A stretch of DNA of 64,000 bases, from the IMG/VR virus record IMGVR_UViG_2513237143_000002, positions 2,755 through 66,754 of that record; one strand, 5' to 3'. This stretch comes from a virus (Duplodnaviria; Caudoviricetes). The position numbers were made by a program, and so were the translations under genes. The notes beneath the pieces were generated by a model. It was not told where the DNA came from, did no database searches, and saw only the letters and a list, made by a program, of their open reading frames with translations. This document shows, one piece after another, positions 41,792 through 51,014 of this stretch (position 1 is the first letter of the stretch; each line of letters starts with the position of its first letter).

Positions 41792-43165
41792 TCACCCTAC
41801 GTCAGTCGGCTTTTCCGCTGCTTGTGCTGCTGCGGCGGCTATCTCCTCTTGTGAGAGCTCCTGCTCGCTGAGCTTGCCGTACTCCTCAATCGCAGCATCG
41901 AGGCCCGGCAGTGAGCCATCCTCGATGAACGTATTGACCAGCGCATCGGACACGGCGTCGCGCGGGATGATCTCCTGCCCGGGCGTGCCGACCAGCTGGC
42001 GAGCCGCATCGGCCTTCGTCTTAAAGACGTCGGCCTTTTCCTTCTCCGACATGCCCCAGAGCGGCGCCCACTCGTAATAGATGTCCGGGTCACGCGAGCC
42101 GAGGGCGCTTCGGATTAAGCACTCGTCGAGGCGGGCCATTGCCGGCGTCATCTCAACGGTCTGCATGGCCTGTAGGCGGTCGTAATAGTTGCGCAGGTCG
42201 CTTTCGCCGGTGGCATTCATGCCGGCCGGGGATTGTCCGAGCAAGCGCGTCGCCGGAATGTCGGCTGCACCCGAGACGATCTGCAGGAACGACATGAGGA
42301 CTTCGGGCAGTGTGGCGAAGCTCGCCGTCTTCTGCCCGTATTCCTCTTCCTTGTCGAGGAGAAGGTCGCCGTTGATGCCCTTGGCCGTGGCAGCGAGCGT
42401 GTAGCGCTCAAGGATCTTGGCCCGGTACCGCTCATCGCCGAGGTTCTGCATGAAATCCGGGATGCGGATCACGTTGACCTTGGCCTCGAAAACGAGGCTG
42501 GCGATGTTCGCCGCGGTACCGTCGGCCTGCTTGATCGCATCGACGACGGACAGGAGCACGCTGTCACCCCAGCCGCCATAGGTGGTCGTAACGATGTCCT
42601 CGTCTGGCTGCTGGCTGCCGTTGAAGATGACCAGGCGCGACGGATGGATTTCGACCTGGCCGCCGTCGGCCGAGTTCAACTGGTACACCTTCGGCTTGCC
42701 GTACCATTCCGAAGCCGGATCACGATCGATCTCGCCGGCCGTGAGGTGGCGGCGCGTCATGACCGTGAGGTACTTCAGGCCGCCCTTACCGATACGCTCG
42801 ACGTCGAGCGGCGCTGTCAGGTCCTGGTCGCCGGTACCGATCACCATCGCAGCGCCGCCCCAGAGCCTCGCCTTAATGCGAGTCTCCAGCAGCTTGCCCA
42901 TAACGTTCAGGCGCTTCTCTTCAGCTTCGATAGCCTCGATCTGCGGCTTCTTCGCCTGCCAATCGCGCCAGGCGCGGATGCTGTCGAAGGCCGGGATATC
43001 GACGATCTTCCTGGGGAGCCACGCGCCACGGTAGGCGTTGAGCAGCTCCTCGTCCGACAACATCGGCATAGAGTAGAACGTCGCGGCTGCCTTGTCCCGG
43101 CTGGTGCCGAGGTTGGAAACCAGGTTCGTCAGGCTGTCGCGGACGAATGCGAAAATGTTGCCCAT
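41792..43165 (-). CDS. Portal protein (DUF1073 family)
   Basis: KIVDIPAFD..RAW, ARLWGGA and GAADIPATRLLGQSPAGMNATG motifs; follows terL. Confidence 0.9.
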   Translation of the reverse strand: MGNIFAFVRDSLTNLVSNLGTSRDKAAATFYSMPMLSDEELLNAYRGAWLPRKIVDIPAFDSIRAWRDWQAKKPQIEAIEAEEKRLNVMGKLLETRIKARLWGGAAMVIGTGDQDLTAPLDVERIGKGGLKYLTVMTRRHLTAGEIDRDPASEWYGKPKVYQLNSADGGQVEIHPSRLVIFNGSQQPDEDIVTTTYGGWGDSVLLSVVDAIKQADGTAANIASLVFEAKVNVIRIPDFMQNLGDERYRAKILERYTLAATAKGINGDLLLDKEEEYGQKTASFATLPEVLMSFLQIVSGAADIPATRLLGQSPAGMNATGESDLRNYYDRLQAMQTVEMTPAMARLDECLIRSALGSRDPDIYYEWAPLWGMSEKEKADVFKTKADAARQLVGTPGQEIIPRDAVSDALVNTFIEDGSLPGLDAAIEEYGKLSEQELSQEEIAAAAAQAAEKPTDVG

Positions 43166-43172
43166 GAAGCCC

Positions 43173-44603
43173 TCAGATGTTGGAAAGCGTGAAGCTGCCG
43201 CTGCGCGGCGCGAAAGCCATCACGAACGCGTCGGCGAGGTTCGGCGATGGGATGTCGCGCTTGTCGAGATCCTTCTTGCTTTCAACCTTCGACCGGCCTG
43301 AATTGTCGTAGTCCTTACGCGGCGTCGAGAGTTCGTCGATCAACCGATCGAGGTGATCGCATTCGCTCGATATTGCGATGAGATCGTCGGCTTCGAAGGC
43401 TTCTCCCCTTTCCACCGCGTTGAAGGTGTTGCGGAACCGCCGCGATACGCTCCACCACGTCTGCGCCTTCAGATTGGCGTAGAAGTCCTTGTTCGTCGGA
43501 GACCGCGGGTCATTCGGGTCTATCCGGCGCTCGGGATTGAGGACCGCGCCGCCGGCATTGAACTTGAAGTAGTCGATCCGGGTCTTGAACTCCGCGTTCA
43601 ACGCCTGGAAGTGTGCACCGGCGAATGCCCCTACCCCGATGCTGTCGTAATCGATCGACGCGCCAAGCTCTCGGGCAAGCGCATGAACGCGGCCGGCTGA
43701 CTTGAGCAGCTCGTCCTCGCGCGCCTTCCATTCGTCGACATGCGTGGCAAGGAAGCCGTGCGCAGCGACCGCAGCGTTCTTGTCCTCGCCACTGTCCGCC
43801 ACGTCGAAGCCGACGCGCTTACCGCCGGCCGGCTGGATGCCGAGCTTCTTGTGTGCGTCGATCGCCGCCCTGATCCACGATCGCTTGATAATGACCGCGT
43901 CGTCGTCTTCGAGCGGCTCGCCCAGGTAGATGTGGCGATATTCGTCCTCGTCCTCTTTCCGTTTCGCCTCGATGACCTTCAGGATGGTCGCCGAGAGGAA
44001 AGGGTTTTCGTTGTAGTTGATCTGCCGCTTGATCGTGTCCGGCGGCGTGTTCGTGACGAAGCGACGATAGACGAAGTCCGTCGTCAGTCGCGGGTTGAAG
44101 ATGATCCAGAACTGAGACCCTTCCTTGCGTAGCGTCGGCTCAAGGATGTCCCATTGTTCCTGGGTGAGGTTGTGCGCCTCCTCGATCCAGCAGATGTCGA
44201 TGCCTTCGAGGGACTTGATTTCGTCGATATGGCGCCAGAGGCCATAGAACATGAACTCCGAGCCGGTCCGCTTATGCCGGATCGAGTTCTCGGTGATGAT
44301 GAACTCGTTATCGAGGCCGAACCGCCCGATCTGGATCTTCAGAAGCGTGTAGACCGATTCAGCGATCTTGTTCTGAAACTGGCGGGCGCACAGGACGCGG
44401 ATCCTGCATTGCGTCGCCAGGAAGATTGCGAAGCCGGCCGCATCCCACGACTTCGAGCTCGACCGCCCACCATAAAGAACCCGGTTGCGGGCCGGGGTCA
44501 GCCAGAAGCTACGAAGTGCCGGGTTGAGAGTGGCCTTATCCTTCCGAGCCGCCGTAGAAGTCTGCGAGCGATCGGCCGCCGCTTGGTTCATCTGGTTCGG
44601 CAT
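43173..44603 (-). CDS. terL: Terminase large subunit (PBSX family)
   Basis: GGRSSSKS, WIEEA, FNP, GFDVA and DAF motifs. Confidence 0.95.
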   Translation of the reverse strand: MPNQMNQAAADRSQTSTAARKDKATLNPALRSFWLTPARNRVLYGGRSSSKSWDAAGFAIFLATQCRIRVLCARQFQNKIAESVYTLLKIQIGRFGLDNEFIITENSIRHKRTGSEFMFYGLWRHIDEIKSLEGIDICWIEEAHNLTQEQWDILEPTLRKEGSQFWIIFNPRLTTDFVYRRFVTNTPPDTIKRQINYNENPFLSATILKVIEAKRKEDEDEYRHIYLGEPLEDDDAVIIKRSWIRAAIDAHKKLGIQPAGGKRVGFDVADSGEDKNAAVAAHGFLATHVDEWKAREDELLKSAGRVHALARELGASIDYDSIGVGAFAGAHFQALNAEFKTRIDYFKFNAGGAVLNPERRIDPNDPRSPTNKDFYANLKAQTWWSVSRRFRNTFNAVERGEAFEADDLIAISSECDHLDRLIDELSTPRKDYDNSGRSKVESKKDLDKRDIPSPNLADAFVMAFAPRSGSFTLSNI

Positions 44604-45090
44604 CGAGGTTATGCGCCTGCCTTTCGAGCGGGATCAAACGAGCGGTGATGCGCGATAGCTTTTCGAGCAAGTCGCCCGGGCTTTCCTTGTCGCCGAGGCA
44701 GGGGCCATCAGGTGCAACGCCCTGCATGTATGTGGAAAGGCGTTCGGCGAGCACGCGCTTCAACCCGTGAAGCTGCTGCAGGTCCTTACGATGAGAGGTG
44801 ACGATGTTGAGGCCACGGATAGCGGCCCCTTCTATAATCTCGCTGTCCGACGCGCGTTGGGGCTGCGTACCATCTTGCGTACCGTCGGTGCGTACCAGCT
44901 TCTCGCGAACCGCTTCGCGGACCTTTTCGGCCAAGGCCCTTTGCCAGCCTTCTGCCTTTGCTCGCTTCCGGATGGCGCCTTCAGTAATCCCATGCGCGGT
45001 AGCAATGGCGCGGAGGGATATCTGGCCAGCGCGGTACTCGCGCTCGATCGCCTCCCAGTCAGCGCGAGGCTTATCTTCCTTGCCAGACAT
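44536..45090 (-). CDS. terS: Terminase small subunit
   Basis: DWEAIEREYRAGQISLRAIA..HGITEGAIRKRAKAEGW HTH. Confidence 0.88.
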   Translation of the reverse strand: MSGKEDKPRADWEAIEREYRAGQISLRAIATAHGITEGAIRKRAKAEGWQRALAEKVREAVREKLVRTDGTQDGTQPQRASDSEIIEGAAIRGLNIVTSHRKDLQQLHGLKRVLAERLSTYMQGVAPDGPCLGDKESPGDLLEKLSRITARLIPLERQAHNLDAEPDEPSGGRSLADFYGGSEG

Positions 45091-45186
45091 GAAGGATTTC
45101 CTGTGAATTAACGTGGCAAAACCGTGCCCTGTTGCGACTCAATGCCGGTTGTTGTTTCCTGCCCGCAGAGGACGAGGACCAGACCA

Positions 45187-45422
45187 TGCCGATGCTGACC
45201 ATTGCGAAACGCCGCAATCTGCTGGGAGAGCTTGAGGACTGCTCGATTGAGCATGCCCTGTACTTACGCAAGTCGGTCTACCTGTGCCCGGAGTGTGGCA
45301 AATACGTGCTTCCCTATAGCGATTACACCGGCCCTCGCTTTAAGCACATGCGCCGATCGCCGGATTGCAGCTACTCGAACAGTGCCGGGCGTCGGACGAA
45401 GCGACAGCCCCGCAATCGCTAA
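45187..45422 (+). CDS. Small Zn-ribbon protein
   Basis: YLCPECG...RFKH...DC pattern; start uncertain. Confidence 0.55.
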
Positions 45423-45574
45423 GCCTGATCGGGCTCGCGCTCGAAGACCAGCACCCACCGATAGGTGGTTTTGTAGACGGCCTGGAATAGGCGGTAGCCC
45501 TTGGCGCGCCACTCGTTGGCGACACGATCGAGGTCGTCTTCTTCGCCTTCCACTTCCACAAAGCGGTAGTGCAT
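45419..45574 (-). CDS. DUF4177-like small protein
   Basis: MHYRFVEV...NEWRAKGYRL...LVFERE; GAGGAG RBS. Confidence 0.7.
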   Translation of the reverse strand: MHYRFVEVEGEEDDLDRVANEWRAKGYRLFQAVYKTTYRWVLVFEREPDQA

Positions 45575-45996
45575 GGGCGGTCTCCTCAAGCGAAAACCCG
45601 CCCCTGCGAACAGAGACGGGCTGTGAATGTCAGGACGGGACCGGGACAGCAATATACGTCTGTTTCCCCGTTTCGCTTTCGCGCCGTCCTGATATCGTCT
45701 GCCTTTCGGCGAATATTCGAGGCTGGGGCTTCCCCACTCCACGCCGTAGACCGGTTAGTTAACCCGTTCCGCGCCTCGCTATCAGGCTTGTGACCCTCGC
45801 AACGTCGTAGAGGCGTCAATGCCTGCCGGCTACCGTTGTCCCTCGCACCCGGATTGCCGGAAACGGTATGGAGGTAAGCCGGGGTGTGTACCGGCGCTCT
45901 GGAACTGTTGCCGGGCTACCCTCCCGGCTGGCCGACGGCGCTGGTTGCGTATCCAGCCCTGCATAAGATCGGGGCGCGTCGGCTTCCCCTGGTATC

Positions 45997-46071
45997 TGGT
46001 TGCAGGCCCGGGAATCGAACCCGGTCTTTCGTGGTTATGAGCCACGCGGCTTACCAGTTGCCCTGCCTGCT
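45997..46071 (-). tRNA. tRNA with CAT anticodon (Met, or Ile2 if lysidine-modified)
   Basis: Full cloverleaf: acceptor GCAGGC/GCCTGC, anticodon stem CGTGG/CCACG with loop CTCATAA, T-arm CCGGG-TTCGATT-CCCGG, encoded CCA. Confidence 0.9.
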
Positions 46072-46239
46072 GAAAGTGGAAACTCTACTGCAAGTTTAAG
46101 CGCTAATACTGGCGGAACGGCGCGAGAACACGTCCGGTACGGATGTGGATTCAAATTCGGGCTACGCCACCATGGATCAGGTGCGCCAGCACTACGCCGA
46201 TCCTGGAAAATTCAACGGCTACGACTGGCGCCGAAGCCC

Positions 46240-46554
46240 CTATTCTCCAACGATTTCGCTGATCTGCACGATGGGCGCGATGTCCGTATAGTTGGCGACG
46301 TCCGCGGCGATCTCCGCACGGTGCGGACTGAGAGCCTCCTGGAATGTCTCCAGATTCGGCGAGTAGACATGGCACGCGGCGACGAACTGCGGCGCGCTTC
46401 CAGGTTCGCGACCGGCAAGGCCCTTATCTATCTCGTAGCGCAGGCAGGCATCGCCGAGCCGTTCCTTGATAAGTGGCATGTGGCTGGTCCGGTAGTAGTC
46501 GTGATCGAACTTCGAGCCGCCATCGGCGGGATAGTAGACGCTCATCTTGATCAT
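46240..46554 (-). CDS. EthD family protein (moron)
   Basis: MIKMSVYYP....FDHDYY...HMPL and DVANYTDIAP motifs. Confidence 0.88.
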   Translation of the reverse strand: MIKMSVYYPADGGSKFDHDYYRTSHMPLIKERLGDACLRYEIDKGLAGREPGSAPQFVAACHVYSPNLETFQEALSPHRAEIAADVANYTDIAPIVQISEIVGE

Positions 46555-46665
46555 GTTGGGCTCCTGCCTGAACGCCTCTCCGAGCGTCCGAGGGGGCCTT
46601 TATAGCCAACCGGCTCGTAAAGCGCATCCGGATTTTGGCTGAAGCCAGTTACAAGCAGAGGCAAC

Positions 46666-46696
46666 AAAAAGGCCGGGGCACGATGGTCCCGGCCTT
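46666..46696 (-). terminator. Intrinsic terminator downstream of the NusG-like gene
   Basis: AAGGCCGGG/CCCGGCCTT stem with a T5 tract on the minus strand. Confidence 0.7.
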
Positions 46697-46967
46697 CTGT
46701 CTTTTCGCTCTCAAAACTCGTGCCAGTACCTCCGTGGTCATGAGTCGAGAGCGTGGCGCGATTGCCGGCAGTAGTGCTTCCCGTCGACAAATGCGCTTGT
46801 GCTAACTTTATAAAGCGCGGGGGTTTTCTGGACAAGTTGTCCGTTCGGATTAAACGTGCCAGAATTTCGGGCGCATTTCTTCTACCGCCTATATCGGCGG
46901 TGGCCCGGCGAGTGTTCCCTCGATTGAGGTCCGCAACTGAACAGCCACACAAATCACTTGAGGAAAC

Positions 46968-47585
46968 CTATACGGCTTTGCGGAGATTTTCAACCTCCGC
47001 GTCCGCAGTGAGGCTGTTCAATTCACTGATAATTTTCTGCACCCGCTCTTTGATCTGCGGGCTTAGAGAATCTATAGCCCTCTCCGCTTGATCGACCATA
47101 GAGACGCGCGCTTTCCGACCCTTCGGCAGGATCTTGCGAAGCTGGCCGCGAAGGTGCTGGATTTGCTCGTGGCGCTCGTTCTCCTTACGGCAGTGCTGCT
47201 CGTAGAGGAAGGCCTGCCGGCGCTCGTGCTCGGCGAAGTACAGGGCTTCGATAGTCGCATCCGGGAATTCGAGCGGCCCGTAGTTGGCGCCACGGAGGAA
47301 GCAGACGACGCCGTCGACGCGGCGGAGCTCCTCGAAGTTCAACCTCGGCAGGTTCACGAAGGCATAGCCGACCAGGAACGGGAACCGCTTCTGGAGGATC
47401 TGTTTCGTCCGGTGATGCCTCAGCTCGGTGTAAAACGACGGCATGAAGATGTCGAAGCCGTCCTTGCGGCAATTCCGCTCGATGATGGATTCCATCCGAC
47501 GGCTTTCCGGGAGGCGCTCGTCGACGGCCGCCATGCGCTGATAGCCGGGGGCCGTCCGAATTGCGTACCAACGTGATCTGCTCAT
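46968..47585 (-). CDS. NusG-family antiterminator
   Basis: WYAIRTAPG, PFLVGYAFV and VDGVVCFL NGN-domain motifs. Confidence 0.85.
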   Translation of the reverse strand: MSRSRWYAIRTAPGYQRMAAVDERLPESRRMESIIERNCRKDGFDIFMPSFYTELRHHRTKQILQKRFPFLVGYAFVNLPRLNFEELRRVDGVVCFLRGANYGPLEFPDATIEALYFAEHERRQAFLYEQHCRKENERHEQIQHLRGQLRKILPKGRKARVSMVDQAERAIDSLSPQIKERVQKIISELNSLTADAEVENLRKAV

Positions 47586-48016
47586 GCTTTTCCCTCGTTC
47601 TTCTTCGGCAATGACCGAGAATGGTGGTTTCGGCAGTAGCGGCCCGTTGTTTCCGCCGCGCAGAACAGGTACGGGCCGCCGGTGTTCAGGGGCCAGCAGC
47701 ATTCGCGGGCCGAGAGATGGTGGAGGAGCTTTGCGGATTGAAGCCGCTCGGCGTCATAGGCAGTCGCCGGGATCTCCGGTTCCCGATTCAGTTCCGGCGC
47801 CTGCTTGCGAGGTCGCGCCGTCTTCGCTGGGCCGGGTGCGCGTGTCTTCTTCCCAGCATCGCCGCGCCAGGGGAATAGACCGCGGTTGCGGAAGGCCAGT
47901 CCGACAATGACGTTTCGGCTGACGCCAAAGCGCTTGGCGATCTGCGAGGCGGAAAGATCATCCCTCCAGAGTTTCGCCGCCGCTTCGATGTCGACAGTTC
48001 GGTGCTGGATGGTCAT
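47582..48016 (-). CDS. gcrA: GcrA-like cell-cycle regulator
   Basis: LWRDDLSASQIAKRFGVSRNVIVG...R and L....CCWPL...FC......YC..H motifs. Confidence 0.85.
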   Translation of the reverse strand: MTIQHRTVDIEAAAKLWRDDLSASQIAKRFGVSRNVIVGLAFRNRGLFPWRGDAGKKTRAPGPAKTARPRKQAPELNREPEIPATAYDAERLQSAKLLHHLSARECCWPLNTGGPYLFCAAETTGRYCRNHHSRSLPKKNEGKA

Positions 48017-48540
48017 GCCGCAGCCCTCCTCTGACTTAGAGCGAGGACCACGGCCGCAAGCAGTGTCATCCAAAGCTTGCCGACGATCTGCCCAGCGATG
48101 AAGTCGAGCGATCCGAACGCCACCCAGAGGAATACGGCGCTATCAACAGCAGCTCCGACAACGCCGCTGACGAGCACGGCAAGCGAAAGGCGCTTTGCGC
48201 GCAGCGGAGCATAGACAGCAAGGTCCGCCAGTTCCGCCAGTACGAACGCAAGGACGGAGGCGAGGACCAAGGCTGGCGGCGCGAAGAGCCACGCAACGAA
48301 CCCGCCCAGGCCAATTGCGACGATTGCTGCCTTGGCTCCCCCGGCTTCATGGACCATATCCCGAAGGACGAGCGCCATTCCGACAAGCAGCACCCCAGAC
48401 GGCGCATGAAGGCCAAAGCCGACCGGCAGGAGGCACGGTCCCTGTGGGATGCACTCCGTACCGACATTGCCGATCATCCAGTTTGCGGCTGGGATGGTAG
48501 CCGCAAAGGCTGCGGTGAGGAGGATGGTCTTAAGCTGCAT
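48013..48540 (-). CDS. VUT/YhhQ family transporter (preQ0/preQ1 uptake candidate)
   Basis: Multi-TM protein; LRDMVHE, AELADLAVY and VDSAVFLWVAFG motifs. Confidence 0.85.
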   Translation of the reverse strand: MQLKTILLTAAFAATIPAANWMIGNVGTECIPQGPCLLPVGFGLHAPSGVLLVGMALVLRDMVHEAGGAKAAIVAIGLGGFVAWLFAPPALVLASVLAFVLAELADLAVYAPLRAKRLSLAVLVSGVVGAAVDSAVFLWVAFGSLDFIAGQIVGKLWMTLLAAVVLALSQRRAAA

Positions 48541-49228
48541 CGAACATGTCCCTTTGCTCGGGGCGAGCCGACCATGTGATCGGGCACTGGATTGCGTCGA
48601 TCCGCCGAGCCATGCGCTCGGGGCAAACGTACCTGTTGGTGTTCTTGAAGTTGCGCGCGACGTTGGTGCTGTCGCCTGATGAAAACGGGAAGATGTCTCC
48701 GGCGAGCCAGAGGCCCCGCAGCGCGTGCAGCCAGATCACTCCGATCAGGCCGCGCCGATCCAGTTCGTTGAAAACGGTATACATGAGCCGTTCCCATGCC
48801 GGGCCGCCGACAGGTTCGTACTCTTCGGTCGACCCAAAGCAGACCTTAGAAAATCCGAGGTCGATCAGCCGGAAAAGATGGTCGATGCCCTCGTTTAAAT
48901 GCCAGACGACAGCCGAGACGTTCTTGTGAAACGGCCACTGGCGAATGAGTTCAAGGTTCTGCTCGATGCTTCCGTTGATGACATCGGGCACGACAGCCCA
49001 ATGAGGTTGGCCAAGCCGCGCTTCGAGCCACGCGTAGAGTTTGTTCCAATCGATGACGGCGCCCGATTTCCAGACTGAGAAAGCGCCGTTGTCCCACATC
49101 ACCGATTGGCCGTGTGCCAGGCACCAGTCAGCATCACGCGCGTCAGCGAACGGGACGCAGAAGTGCTTGCCGGCCATCTTCATCAGCTCGGTGCGCGGGG
49201 TAAGCGGTGTGCCGTGATAGTGGATCAC
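48530..49228 (-). CDS. DpdA/TGT-like protein (7-deazaguanine DNA insertion candidate)
   Basis: DNGAFS, VVPDVI, WLH and SGDST motifs; overlaps the VUT transporter gene. Confidence 0.6.
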   Translation of the reverse strand: MIHYHGTPLTPRTELMKMAGKHFCVPFADARDADWCLAHGQSVMWDNGAFSVWKSGAVIDWNKLYAWLEARLGQPHWAVVPDVINGSIEQNLELIRQWPFHKNVSAVVWHLNEGIDHLFRLIDLGFSKVCFGSTEEYEPVGGPAWERLMYTVFNELDRRGLIGVIWLHALRGLWLAGDIFPFSSGDSTNVARNFKNTNRYVCPERMARRIDAIQCPITWSARPEQRDMFDAA

Positions 49229-50010
49229 GCCGCGCGCTCCTCTTCTGCCGGCTCGGCCGCTTTGATGTCTGCCTTCACCTTGCCGCGATACGCCATCTGT
49301 TCGGCGGTGACCTCGCTGGCATCGGGGAGAGCCAGCATGCGGGCGAGCTCATCAGCGCGCTCCGGCGATACCGGCGGCGGCTGGACGTTCAGCTTTGTCT
49401 GGATCCTGCTGCGGTTGACGCGGACGGCGATCGGCGACCAAACCTCGTCGATTGCCCACAGGTGGACGGTGCCCGCAGGCAGTTCCCGAGACTTGGCGAG
49501 CTGGGCGAATTCCAGATGGTCGACACCTTCGGCAACCCTGACGAAGCCCTTCTCCGCCAGTGCGATTGCGCGCTCACGCTGGGTGACGCGCAGGTCCATG
49601 AGCCCATGAGAGCTGGGCAGCGTTCGGCTGACGGAGTCCTCGATCGCCCTAAGCGTTTCCTGCTTGCGAATCCGGTCCTCGCGGATGAGACGGCATTCGG
49701 CATTGGCCATCGCCGCAAGCTCCGCCGGCAGGGGAATGAAAGCCTTGTTGATGTTTTCGTATTCGCCGCGCTTCAGCTTCACGTAGGCGCGGCGCAACCC
49801 GTAGACCGGCACGTTGCGGAGGGAGAGGCGGTATTCTTCGACCGGGTTTGCAGCAGTGATCGTTTCGGAGATCCGCATGCCGCCGCTCATGAGGCCTTCG
49901 ATGCACTGGCCGATTTCGTCGGCGCCGGCCGGGGCAAGCTGCTCAGTGAGAGCGGAAATCTCCTGCTGCAAGGTCGACAGTTTGGCCGGCAAATTGGTCA
50001 TCTGGTTCAC
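49225..50010 (-). CDS. Replication-associated protein (loader-like by position)
   Basis: Coupled downstream of the initiator gene. Confidence 0.6.
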   Translation of the reverse strand: MNQMTNLPAKLSTLQQEISALTEQLAPAGADEIGQCIEGLMSGGMRISETITAANPVEEYRLSLRNVPVYGLRRAYVKLKRGEYENINKAFIPLPAELAAMANAECRLIREDRIRKQETLRAIEDSVSRTLPSSHGLMDLRVTQRERAIALAEKGFVRVAEGVDHLEFAQLAKSRELPAGTVHLWAIDEVWSPIAVRVNRSRIQTKLNVQPPPVSPERADELARMLALPDASEVTAEQMAYRGKVKADIKAAEPAEEERAA

Positions 50011-50797
50011 CGTAGAGTTCTCGTTTCAGCCTTGCGTGGATGTCGTGGTGGCGTTGCATGGAAGGGCTTTGCGGGCGTGGCGGCGCTTGGGCCTGCGGAT
50101 GCTGGCGCCCTCCTCCGCGGTCCTGGTCACGAGTGAGCCAGGAAACGACGAAGCGTTTCATGCCCTTGCCGGTCTTGCGGTTCTTGGGATTGGCGTTGAG
50201 CCACGAGCGCATCGCCGCCAGCTGCTGGCGAACGTTCACGGCAGGGAAAGCCTCGGACCACTCGGCAACATCCGCCTCGGAAATCGAAACCATGTCGCCA
50301 TTGACAGTCGGAAGCTCGATCACCGTCGGCGAGGCCGGAGCGGATTTTTCCGCCTCCGGGCAAACATCCGAACGGAGTGAGGATAGGTTGGTGTGTGGTG
50401 TACTGGTGTCTTTTGTGTTTCGTTTTTGTTTCGCTTCAGCACCTTCCGTTGTTTCAGAATGTGTTTCAGCGTTTTGATATTTGCTGTAATTGCAGACAGT
50501 TACGAGCGTCTTCCCTGTTTCAGAAGACGTTTCAATCATGTTCTGCTTGGAAAGCAGCTCAAGGAACTGGTGAACGCGTCGCGTTGAGGTCCATTTCCAT
50601 GCCGCCTGCATCTCGCGGATGGTCACGAAAAGGCTTCCTGCAGGGACGGGCATGACAGACGCCCCTATGCGGTGCACGGTGTCTTTCCATGCCGCTTTGG
50701 AGATGAGCCACAACCAAGCCTCACGCTCGCTGAACGGTTCAGCGGCGAACACCTCGTGATCGAAGATGGAGGTCTGGACGCGAATCCACCGGCTCAT
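49943..50797 (-). CDS. Phage replication initiator
   Basis: WIRV...EREAWLWLI.KA, winged-helix-like middle, TLVTVCNYSKYQ and AMRSWL.AN.KN motifs. Confidence 0.8.
   Translation of the reverse strand: MSRWIRVQTSIFDHEVFAAEPFSEREAWLWLISKAAWKDTVHRIGASVMPVPAGSLFVTIREMQAAWKWTSTRRVHQFLELLSKQNMIETSSETGKTLVTVCNYSKYQNAETHSETTEGAEAKQKRNTKDTSTPHTNLSSLRSDVCPEAEKSAPASPTVIELPTVNGDMVSISEADVAEWSEAFPAVNVRQQLAAMRSWLNANPKNRKTGKGMKRFVVSWLTRDQDRGGGRQHPQAQAPPRPQSPSMQRHHDIHARLKRELYGEPDDQFAGQTVDLAAGDFRSH
50417..50535. promoter_or_regulatory. Putative phage origin iterons inside the initiator gene
   Basis: TGTTTCAG at 50450, 50462 and 50516 plus further GTTTC copies in a T-rich stretch. Confidence 0.55.
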
Positions 50798-50798
50798 T

Positions 50799-51014
50799 CT
50801 ACCACCACGACTTTTCTGTCTCGTCGTAGCCGGCGAAACGAACGGGCTTACGGGGAGCATTCAAAGCCGCCATCTGGAATACCGTCGGGCCCAGCCGATC
50901 GCGGTTCATCTTCATATTGATGAGGGTGTCGGCCTCGTGCTCTTTGATATCCAAGGCCTCCGCGATCGCCATCGTGTCGGGGCCATACCTGGCGTAGGCT
51001 TCGAGGAAGGTCAT
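50799..51014 (-). CDS. Hypothetical protein
   Basis: MTFLEAYARYGPDTMAIAEAL...; coupled to its neighbours. Confidence 0.65.
   Translation of the reverse strand: MTFLEAYARYGPDTMAIAEALDIKEHEADTLINMKMNRDRLGPTVFQMAALNAPRKPVRFAGYDETEKSWW

Noticed and set aside
41792-43165. Anti-CBASS (Acb1) function sometimes attached to DUF1073 proteins
   Set aside because: Size, synteny after terL and motifs indicate the portal; no separate HxT phosphoesterase domain is visible.
45600-45996. Additional tRNAs or ncRNAs next to the tRNA-CAT
   Set aside because: GC-rich partial hairpins are present, but I could not build a cloverleaf or other defined structure.
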